A DNA stretch of 64,000 nt from a virus: positions 8,111 to 72,110 of the IMG/VR virus record IMGVR_UViG_3300012271_000010; one strand, given 5' to 3'. The notes below the pieces were generated by a model. The model made no database searches, was not told where the DNA came from, and worked only from the letters and a program-made list of their open reading frames with translations. Below, in pieces: positions 1 through 6,205 of this stretch (position 1 is the stretch's first letter; every line of letters starts with the position of its first letter). The position numbers and the translations under genes are program-made.

Positions 1-21
1 AAACATTGCTCGCAGAAAGGC

Positions 22-50
22 TTGACACATATTTCCAAACCTGTTAGGAT
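22..50 (+). promoter_or_regulatory. sigma70-type promoter (TTGACA-17-TAGGAT, extended -10 TG)
   Basis: TTGACA 22-27, TG 42-43, TAGGAT 45-50; ATG at 57 lies about where transcription would start (leaderless mRNA possible). Confidence 0.7.
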
Positions 51-56
51 ACTTAT

Positions 57-611
57 ATGATTACAACAATGAGTTTTAAAGCCGGAACCGACCCTTGCCC
101 TACTGTATCTTGGGGAGGAAATTATTCCAACGAACAACTTCAAGATGGTATTGAAAAGCTGGTAAGTTTTTGTGCATCTAAGGGAGTGGAAGTTCGTTTT
201 GGAACGAGAGAGAGATGCAGTCATGCGATCGGCTTAAAGCTAATCACGATGAACAGTAGACTTTCTTTAAAGAAATTGTACCATGTTTTGCTACACGAAA
301 GCGGACATGTTGTGATTAATCAAGATATGATTTCTGAAGAAGACCATACTGAATATCTTCTTAATTATCCTGGAAATGTAAACAAAAATACAGAAGCATA
401 CATTGCTGAGGGTGACAACGAACATAAGTTGACAAAGAAAGATCATCGACGCTATATGGTTAGTCTCATTCATGAAGAATGTGACGCATGGCGCAAAGGT
501 TTGGATATTGCAGCGATGTTGGAGCTTCCTTTGAATTTGTATGATTTTTATTCTGATGCAACAACTGGAATTGAATCTTATATTCTAGCAGCTGCCCAAT
601 CGAGGTCTTAA
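57..611 (+). CDS. HExxH zinc-metallopeptidase-like phage protein (ImmA/IrrE-like)
   Basis: LLHESGH motif plus downstream HEECDAW third-ligand helix. Confidence 0.6.
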   Translation: MITTMSFKAGTDPCPTVSWGGNYSNEQLQDGIEKLVSFCASKGVEVRFGTRERCSHAIGLKLITMNSRLSLKKLYHVLLHESGHVVINQDMISEEDHTEYLLNYPGNVNKNTEAYIAEGDNEHKLTKKDHRRYMVSLIHEECDAWRKGLDIAAMLELPLNLYDFYSDATTGIESYILAAAQSRS

Positions 612-869
612 ATGTCATTTTTCTCTAAACGTCGTACTTCTCGTATGTTTACTTTTGGAAAAGTTGGAAGTAAAAGTGGGCTGATTTTTGTCTTAGCTAA
701 AGATGGTGTTTGGGATATCACAAGTGAAAAAACCGGAGCCCATTCTGTAAGGTTTGGTATTACTACTCAGAAAAAAGAAGATTGTAGTTTTTATTCTTTT
801 TTTATTGGTCCCTTGGCAATAATGCTGAACGTACCGAAAAAAGTGCTTGACAAAGAAGAAAAGAAGTAG
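612..869 (+). CDS. hypothetical protein
   Basis: 85-aa ORF abutting the previous stop. Confidence 0.55.
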   Translation: MSFFSKRRTSRMFTFGKVGSKSGLIFVLAKDGVWDITSEKTGAHSVRFGITTQKKEDCSFYSFFIGPLAIMLNVPKKVLDKEEKK

Positions 870-875
870 TAAGAT
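847..875 (+). promoter_or_regulatory. sigma70-type promoter (TTGACA-17-TAAGAT)
   Basis: TTGACA 847-852, TAAGAT 870-875, upstream of a structured leader and tRNA-Asn. Confidence 0.7.
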
Positions 876-890
876 ACTAGTTAAGAAACA

Positions 891-1028
891 CTGGAAGAAA
901 TTCTGGTTTGAGGATTTATAATGTTTACATCAAAATTGTATAATAAATCGAATATTAACGGCTACAATAATTTGTGGGATAGCCATTTATATGCACTCAA
1001 ACCAAGCTTGTTAGCCTAATTTCTCTAG
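891..1028 (+). ncRNA. putative structured RNA enclosing a 32-codon ORF (921-1019)
   Basis: CTGGAAGAAATT pairs with AATTTCTCTAG; TGGTTTGAG with CTCAAACCA; inner GATTTAT/ATAAATC and GGCTA/TAGCC stems; GAGGA RBS before ATG 921. Confidence 0.4.
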
Positions 1029-1045
1029 AATCCATTAAAATTTAT

Positions 1046-1123
1046 TGTAGTTGAACCGACCGGGTGTCGGTGCCGAGCTGTTAACTCGGAATAAGGTAGG
1101 TTCGAGTCCTACAACTACAGCCA
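1046..1123 (+). tRNA. trnN: tRNA-Asn(GTT) with 6-bp D stem
   Basis: TGTAGTT/AACTACA acceptor, CCGAG-CTGTTAA-CTCGG anticodon arm, GTAGG-TTCGAGT-CCTAC T arm, G73, encoded CCA. Confidence 0.85.
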
Positions 1124-1143
1124 TTTAAAAGAAAGAAGAGAAA

Positions 1144-1287
1144 ATGATTGATTTCATCTTGAGAAAGATTAGAAAGAGAATTGAGCCAAAAAATATGTGT
1201 GATTCTTGTACAAGGAAGTATACATGCCAGACCAAAAGTGGTAAGATGCTCTGTGAACGATGTTATAAAAGGGAATTAAATGTCTAA
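1144..1287 (+). CDS. small CxxC...CxxC zinc-finger protein (47 aa, below ORF-track cutoff)
   Basis: MIDFILRKIRKRIEPKNMCDSC...LCERCYKRELNV; stop overlaps the next gene. Confidence 0.55.
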   Translation: MIDFILRKIRKRIEPKNMCDSCTRKYTCQTKSGKMLCERCYKRELNV

Positions 1288-2473
1288 ATCGGAAACAAAG
1301 CGATGCGCTATATGTGGAAATACGAATTCTAGGAAAGGTAAGACGCAGTTTTGTTCAACCAAGTGTTATTTAGAGTCTAATAGAAGTGTAAAGAAATGTG
1401 AAGTTTGTAAAAAAGAATATTCTTATATATCTTTTTATGAAAAAAGGACGTGTTCTAGAAAATGCGGAGCTAAAATAAATGCTTCATGTTATCAAAAAGA
1501 CCCAAAAACATGGGTAACGACAAAATGCAATATTTGCAATAAAGATTTTGATGTACGAATCAAAAGGTTGAAGAGGACCAAGAACGTGTTATGCAGCACT
1601 AAATGTTCTGCGGAATTTAGATCTATTAACTTTAATCATGATCGGATATTGAATCACTATTCTGGATTCTTTTCATCTCTTAAATCAGGAGGTGAAAAGA
1701 AAATTAGATTTGATTCCTCTTGGGAATTGAGAAGGTTTAAAGAATTAGAATTTGATCCAAAAGTCATTCTATGGGATAGATGTCAAGATAAAATACTTTG
1801 GTATGATTCTGACAATAAAAAGCATCATTATAATCCAGATATTTATATTGAGTACGAAGACGGTAAAAGAGTAGTGGAAGAAATTAAAGGATTCATGAAT
1901 GAAGAATCTAAATTAAAAATTGAAGCTGGCGAAGAGTTTTACGACAGAACAGAAATATTATTTCGGGTAATAGATAATAAGAATATCTTATTTGATAAAA
2001 AACTTGAATATAAAACAGAAGAGTATGAAAATGATTATGGAATATTTAATCGACTTAAAATGGAATATATTTGGATGTCTCTAGCAATTATGTTAGCAAG
2101 CAAATCTACTTGTTCTCGATTAAAAGTAGGTTCAGTTATAACCGATTCTGGCATGAATAGAGCACTTTGTGTTGGATATAATGGAGATGAAAAAGGGGGC
2201 AAAAACCAGTGTGAAAGTTTAAAACCAGGAAAATGTGGTTGTTTGCATGCTGAAACTAACGCGATAGCGAAATCCCGCGAATCACTAGAAAATTGTATCT
2301 TATTCGTAACAACAGCACCTTGCAAATCTTGCGTTAAGTTGATTATTAACTCAGGTATAAGAGAAGTAATATATAATGAAGTTTATAGGGACACTAGTGG
2401 ACTCAAATTGATGAAACAGCGTGGTCTTAAAGTAACACGTTTTAGCAAAATTGAAGATGATACCCTTCTTTAG
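1280..2473 (+). CDS. fusion: Cys-rich zinc-binding repeats + TnsA-like PD-(D/E)xK endonuclease + dCMP deaminase
   Basis: three CxxC..CSxKC repeats; FDSSWE..YNPDIYIEY..EEIKG nuclease motifs; KSTCSRLKVG..GYNG..HAETNAI..PCKSC deaminase motifs. Confidence 0.8.
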   Translation: MSKSETKRCAICGNTNSRKGKTQFCSTKCYLESNRSVKKCEVCKKEYSYISFYEKRTCSRKCGAKINASCYQKDPKTWVTTKCNICNKDFDVRIKRLKRTKNVLCSTKCSAEFRSINFNHDRILNHYSGFFSSLKSGGEKKIRFDSSWELRRFKELEFDPKVILWDRCQDKILWYDSDNKKHHYNPDIYIEYEDGKRVVEEIKGFMNEESKLKIEAGEEFYDRTEILFRVIDNKNILFDKKLEYKTEEYENDYGIFNRLKMEYIWMSLAIMLASKSTCSRLKVGSVITDSGMNRALCVGYNGDEKGGKNQCESLKPGKCGCLHAETNAIAKSRESLENCILFVTTAPCKSCVKLIINSGIREVIYNEVYRDTSGLKLMKQRGLKVTRFSKIEDDTLL

Positions 2474-2476
2474 GGC

Positions 2477-2504
2477 TTGACTTACTGAGAAAACGTGGTA
2501 TAGT
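2477..2504 (+). promoter_or_regulatory. sigma70-type promoter (TTGACT-16-TATAGT, extended -10)
   Basis: TTGACT 2477-2482, TGG-TATAGT; GGAGG RBS downstream. Confidence 0.6.
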
Positions 2505-2530
2505 GGTTAGACAAGAAAACGGAGGCGGAG

Positions 2531-3169
2531 TTGAAGATAGTGGCAATTAGCGATACTCACAATCAACTTCGTAACATTAAGGTTCCCCATGGTGATGTCC
2601 TGATCCATGCTGGCGATTTCACAATGAATGGAACCGCCAACGAAATTCGTGAGTTTAATCATGAGCTTAGTCTCTTATCTCACGCACATAAAATTGTGAT
2701 TGCAGGCAATCACGATATAAATTTTGAAATGGAACCGGTTGAATCTAGAAAATTACTAACTAATGCAATTTATCTAGAAGATAGTGGAGTTGAAATCGGA
2801 GGAGTAAAGTTTTGGGGTTCACCCTGGCAGCCACAGTTTTATGATTGGGCTTTCAACCTTGAACGAGGTTTGCCTTTGAAAGAAAAGTGGCAACAGATTC
2901 CATCTGATACAGATGTTCTTATTACTCACGGACCTCCAAAGGAAATCCTTGACGAAGCACCCCGAAAGGGAATTTTGAATTATTTGAATGTTGGTTGTAA
3001 AGATTTGAGAGAAGAGGTTCTGTATAGAATCCAACCAAAATATCATGTCTTTGGACACATTCACAATGGATACGGTTATAAGTCTTTTGGAAACATTAAT
3101 TTTATCAACGCATCTATTTTGAACGAGAGATACAAAATCGAAAATAAGCCTATTATTTTCAACATTTAA
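2531..3169 (+). CDS. calcineurin-like metallophosphoesterase (MPPED/239FB-like)
   Basis: SDTH, HAGD, AGNHD, LITHGPP, FGHIH motifs; TTG start after GGAGG. Confidence 0.9.
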   Translation: MKIVAISDTHNQLRNIKVPHGDVLIHAGDFTMNGTANEIREFNHELSLLSHAHKIVIAGNHDINFEMEPVESRKLLTNAIYLEDSGVEIGGVKFWGSPWQPQFYDWAFNLERGLPLKEKWQQIPSDTDVLITHGPPKEILDEAPRKGILNYLNVGCKDLREEVLYRIQPKYHVFGHIHNGYGYKSFGNINFINASILNERYKIENKPIIFNI

Positions 3170-3182
3170 AGGAAGAATTAAA

Positions 3183-3218
3183 ATGAAAAACTACGCAAAA
3201 CGAAAACATAAACGATAG
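3183..3218 (+). CDS. putative Lys/Arg-rich leader peptide MKNYAKRKHKR
   Basis: AAGGA RBS, four AAA codons, ends CGA-TAG, followed by alternative hairpins overlapping the tRNA-Lys 5' end. Confidence 0.4.
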   Translation: MKNYAKRKHKR

Positions 3219-3255
3219 GGCTGGGATGTGCCCGTTGAAACATCCCACACCATGT

Positions 3256-3333
3256 GGGTTTGTAGTATAACGGATGTATTATACTCGGCTCTTAACCGAT
3301 GAGATTTGGGTTCGAATCCCAACAGACCCACCA
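3256..3333 (+). tRNA. trnK: tRNA-Lys(CTT)
   Basis: GGGTTTG/CAGACCC acceptor, CTCTTAA loop, TTGGG-TTCGAAT-CCCAA T arm, ACCA end. Confidence 0.9.
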
Positions 3334-3336
3334 CAT

Positions 3337-3412
3337 GGGTTGTTAGTTCAATTGCGTAGAACATGTGGCTTTTAACCATTCAATCCGAGTTCGAGTCTCG
3401 GACAACCCACCA
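3337..3412 (+). tRNA. trnK: tRNA-Lys(TTT)
   Basis: GGGTTGT/ACAACCC acceptor, GTTC/GAAC D stem, CTTTTAA loop, CCGAG-TTCGAGT-CTCGG T arm, ACCA; D loop lacks GG. Confidence 0.9.
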
Positions 3413-3443
3413 ATTTTGAGAAGAAAATAGATTTTTGAGTTTT

Positions 3444-3716
3444 TGTTCGTGCTGCCGTCGTTTGGATAGCTGGCAGCCACTTGCACCGAAAGAAGTCTCA
3501 GCTGAACCTGCGAATCGAAAGTGAAGCGGGGAGAAAGATGACTTGAGGTTTGAGGTTCGATAGGAGGGGCGTCGCTGCCCCAAAAATGTGCCTCGCGCGT
3601 GGTGAGTTCTTGATAGTAGGAAAAGGTGTACTGAGAATGCACTAAAGTACAAAATCATAGCCCTGTCAGTCTCAGACAGAGCGAAAAGACTTAGGGTTCA
3701 ATCCCCTACACGAACA
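3444..3716 (+). ncRNA. 273-nt structured RNA with tRNA-like acceptor stem and T arm (class unknown)
   Basis: TGTTCGTG pairs with CACGAACA; TAGGG-TTCAATC-CCCTA T arm stacked on it; GC-rich multi-hairpin interior; no credible + strand ORF. Confidence 0.65.
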
Positions 3717-3741
3717 TTTTTTATTTGGAGAAGAAAAAAAC

Positions 3742-4359
3742 ATGAGTGACAAATTACTTGGAAAAATGATCAAAGAGTTGACTGAAAACAATATCAGTAT
3801 AAAATTTGTAAACAAAAGTACTCTTGAAGATGATAGTCCAATGTTGGGGTTTTTCTGTGAATTGGATAAATTAATCGAAGTAGGAACTCTCGACGACGGC
3901 TGGTTTCAGACTTTCGCTCATGAATATTGTCACTTTAAACAGTGGAAAGATGGTCTCTTTGACGATATAACAACAATAGCTGCATATGCCACATTAGATA
4001 ATTGGGTGGACAGGAACAGAGAACTACCATCAGAAACAGTAAAGAAATTTATCCGTTGCATGCAGTTTATTGAATGGGACAATGAAAAACGTACAATTGA
4101 ATTTCTTGATAAAAACAAAATTGATTATGACAGAGAAGCTTATGTTAAGAAAGCTAACGTTTATGTTGCTTCTCATGAATTAACAAGACGTATTAGACGA
4201 TGGCAAAGTAAACCATTGAGTACTGTTCCCGGAGTAAGTGATTTATTTTCAGGGGAAGAAATGATGCTAGAAAGAGATTTTGGGAATCTCCCAGAAGGTT
4301 TTGAAGCATTAGCAATTTCATCTTTTGAAGAAGTTATCGTTGAGGAAGAAGAGGATTAA
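3742..4359 (+). CDS. HExxH zinc-metallopeptidase-like phage protein
   Basis: FAHEYCHFKQW and IEWDNEKR motifs; GGAG RBS. Confidence 0.6.
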   Translation: MSDKLLGKMIKELTENNISIKFVNKSTLEDDSPMLGFFCELDKLIEVGTLDDGWFQTFAHEYCHFKQWKDGLFDDITTIAAYATLDNWVDRNRELPSETVKKFIRCMQFIEWDNEKRTIEFLDKNKIDYDREAYVKKANVYVASHELTRRIRRWQSKPLSTVPGVSDLFSGEEMMLERDFGNLPEGFEALAISSFEEVIVEEEED

Positions 4360-4404
4360 AATGGACTATTATTATTATAAGATTAGACATACCCATATCA
4401 ACAT

Positions 4405-4493
4405 GGGAGACTTTCCTCGCGGTTGGCTGTAAACCAATTACCATAATAAGCGGGGTGGACGGTGAGAAGGTTCAATTCCTTAGTCTCCCACCA
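4405..4493 (+). tRNA. tRNA-Tyr(GTA)-like RNA with rearranged D domain
   Basis: GGGAGACT/AGTCTCCC + ACCA, GGTTGG-CTGTAAA-CCAATT anticodon arm, AAGG-TTCAATT-CCTT T arm; no D arm 5' of the anticodon arm. Confidence 0.75.
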
Positions 4494-4514
4494 AATTAAA
4501 CCGATTATGTGTAT

Positions 4515-4603
4515 GGTGGCTGTGCTGGAAATGGTAGACAGGCTGGGCTGTGAACCCGGTGTTTGATAAAGACGTGCGAGTTCGAAGCTCGTCAGTCACC
4601 CCA
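4515..4603 (+). tRNA. trnH: tRNA-His(GTG) with long variable arm
   Basis: G-1:C73, GTGGCTG/CAGTCAC acceptor, CTGGG-CTGTGAA-CCCGG anticodon arm, 16-nt variable region, CCA. Confidence 0.85.
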
Positions 4604-4628
4604 ATTCAAAAAACACACTTAGGAAGAA

Positions 4629-4835
4629 ATGAAAGTAGGAACAAGAGTAAAAGTTATTTGTTCATGTTGTCAAAATGGAGCATGGACTCTTTTGGAACAA
4701 GAAGGAATAATTTACAAAGATTTTAATACTGCTTATTGCGAAGACCTCACGGTGACACAAAATCTCTACGGCATCAGATTCGACGACAAGACCGAGGGAT
4801 CCTTCTGGACAAAACAGATTGAGGTGTTATACTGA
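4629..4835 (+). CDS. small SH3/KOW-like hypothetical protein
   Basis: MKVGTRVKV...EGII...YGIRFDD pattern; AGGA RBS. Confidence 0.6.
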   Translation: MKVGTRVKVICSCCQNGAWTLLEQEGIIYKDFNTAYCEDLTVTQNLYGIRFDDKTEGSFWTKQIEVLY

Positions 4836-5005
4836 TGTTCTACTGGCTCTCGACAACGAAGATGACTGTGATGGTGGAAACCGATGAAAACGATATTCTC
4901 ATTGAAGCAGCACCAATAGTAAGAAGATTCTTGGGACAGACGATAGAAGACCTTGCAATGTGGATGAACAGACAAGAAGGTTTTAAAATAGAGGAGTTAA
5001 ATTGA
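4835..5005 (+). CDS. small hypothetical protein (56 aa, below ORF-track cutoff)
   Basis: TGATG coupling to the upstream gene; MFYWLSTTKMTVMVETDENDILIEAAPIVRRFLGQ... Confidence 0.6.
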   Translation: MFYWLSTTKMTVMVETDENDILIEAAPIVRRFLGQTIEDLAMWMNRQEGFKIEELN

Positions 5006-5197
5006 ATGGAATACGAAAAAGGTGATCTGATGAAACATAATGATGGTTCATTGGGAATTATTACTAAAGTAAGCACCTACCGTTATCAAATCTCTTGGTT
5101 TGAAGAACGTACGTTAACCAATCTCAGTTATACCTGGATTAATAAAAATATTTCAAAGAAATACCTTCCAGTGTGTATTAGTCGAACAAAGTTGTGA
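5006..5197 (+). CDS. small SH3/KOW-like hypothetical protein
   Basis: YEKGDLMKH...GIITKV; GAGGAG RBS. Confidence 0.6.
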   Translation: MEYEKGDLMKHNDGSLGIITKVSTYRYQISWFEERTLTNLSYTWINKNISKKYLPVCISRTKL

Positions 5198-5204
5198 AAG
5201 TTAT

Positions 5205-5291
5205 GGGGATGTGGTGGAACTGGTTTACACAGCAGGCTTAAAACTTGTAGCCCGCGAGGGCTTGTGGGTTCGAATCCCACCATCCCTACCA
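5205..5291 (+). tRNA. trnL: tRNA-Leu(TAA)
   Basis: GGGGATG/CATCCCT acceptor, CTTAAAA loop, long variable arm GCCC-GCGA-GGGC, ACCA. Confidence 0.92.
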
Positions 5292-5295
5292 TTTT

Positions 5296-5373
5296 AGGTT
5301 AGTAGAGAATTGGTATATCGAGGGGATTCAAACTTCCCTGTCTATGTGGGTTCGAGTCCCACCTAACCTACCA
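5296..5373 (+). tRNA. trnL: tRNA-Leu(CAA), short variable loop, 6-bp anticodon stem (weaker alternative register reads TCA)
   Basis: AGGTTAG/CTAACCT acceptor, AGGGGA-TTCAAAC-TTCCCT, GTGGG-TTCGAGT-CCCAC, ACCA. Confidence 0.75.
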
Positions 5374-5388
5374 TTTTAAGAGGAATAA

Positions 5389-5925
5389 ATGAAGAGAACA
5401 ATCTTGTGCTTGCTAGCACTACTTATAAATGCTAGTTGTTTCTATCTACCAGTTTCAATACCTGATGGTGGAGTTGGAACAATTAGTGATGCAGGAACAG
5501 GACAAAGATTAGGAGATTTAGATGCAGGTGAGACAAATGATTCTGGAAACCCTCAAACAGACAGCGGTATCATCATCGATCTTGATGGCGGCGTTTTCGT
5601 GGACGCTGGTAATGAAGATGACGCTGGATTTATTGCAGGCGACGCAGGTTTGGTAGACTCTGGACCATTTGACTCTGGGATTTTTGATGGAGGTTTGTTT
5701 GATTCTGGAATCTTCGAGTTTGATGCTGGCTTTGTAGACGCTTCTGTGATTATTGACGCAGGAACAGAAATTGTAGATGCTTCTATTGAAATTGATGCCG
5801 GAGAAGAATGCGAAGATACTCATGGACATCATGGATACGGTAGTTGGAATGAACCTGAGCCAAGTTGGAATGAACCAGAATCGGAATGTCCAGATGAATC
5901 GGAGCACGAATGGTGGGAGAATTGA
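5389..5925 (+). CDS. predicted lipoprotein with acidic DAG/DSG/DGG repeats
   Basis: MKRTILCLLALLINASC signal peptide/lipobox; many D-[AGS]-G tripeptides; tandem WNEPE repeat. Confidence 0.75.
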   Translation: MKRTILCLLALLINASCFYLPVSIPDGGVGTISDAGTGQRLGDLDAGETNDSGNPQTDSGIIIDLDGGVFVDAGNEDDAGFIAGDAGLVDSGPFDSGIFDGGLFDSGIFEFDAGFVDASVIIDAGTEIVDASIEIDAGEECEDTHGHHGYGSWNEPEPSWNEPESECPDESEHEWWEN

Positions 5926-6185
5926 TTAAAAAAGGTCAACTTTTAAAAGTTATACGTTGTACGTTTGAAAGTACCGTCACCGCCGAAACGCGCGGCACCG
6001 AAACACCGGTGTTCCCCGCCCACTACCGCGTCGCCGACGACGTCGACGGTCTTAAATTTCTTGATATAGGAACACTGCTGATTGTGACCAGGGAACAAAG
6101 TGACACCAATATTGGGATCGAAGCTTACAACCCAAAAACAAATAGAACTATTTTTGTACCGATGAACGATGTTATTAAACTTTAG
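5910..6185 (+). CDS. small SH3-like hypothetical protein containing a GC-rich segment
   Basis: IKKGQLLKV N-terminus; GC-rich stretch 5973-6050. Confidence 0.5.
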   Translation: MVGELIKKGQLLKVIRCTFESTVTAETRGTETPVFPAHYRVADDVDGLKFLDIGTLLIVTREQSDTNIGIEAYNPKTNRTIFVPMNDVIKL

Positions 6186-6205
6186 CTTAAAAAAAAGGTA
6201 GTTAT

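Noticed and set aside
3191-3658. Minus-strand ORFs 3191..3379, 3343..3642 and 3380..3658 (also 5943..6302 and 6950..7156)
   Set aside because: Antisense shadows of tRNA/ncRNA genes with no protein motifs
3444-3716. tmRNA, RNase P RNA or group I intron-containing tRNA
   Set aside because: No GGGG 5' end, G3-U70 pair, CCA or ssrA-like tag frame; no GAGGAAAGUCC core; no recognisable P7 or splice junction. Kept as an unknown ncRNA
4359-4404. Tyr/His-rich frame (WTYYYKIRHTH) upstream of the tRNA-Tyr-like and tRNA-His genes as a leader peptide
   Set aside because: No start codon in that frame; the ATG at 4361 gives only MDLLL; probably a chance product of a TAT repeat
5296-5373. Selenocysteine tRNA
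   Set aside because: 7-bp acceptor, short variable loop and A73 do not fit tRNA-Sec
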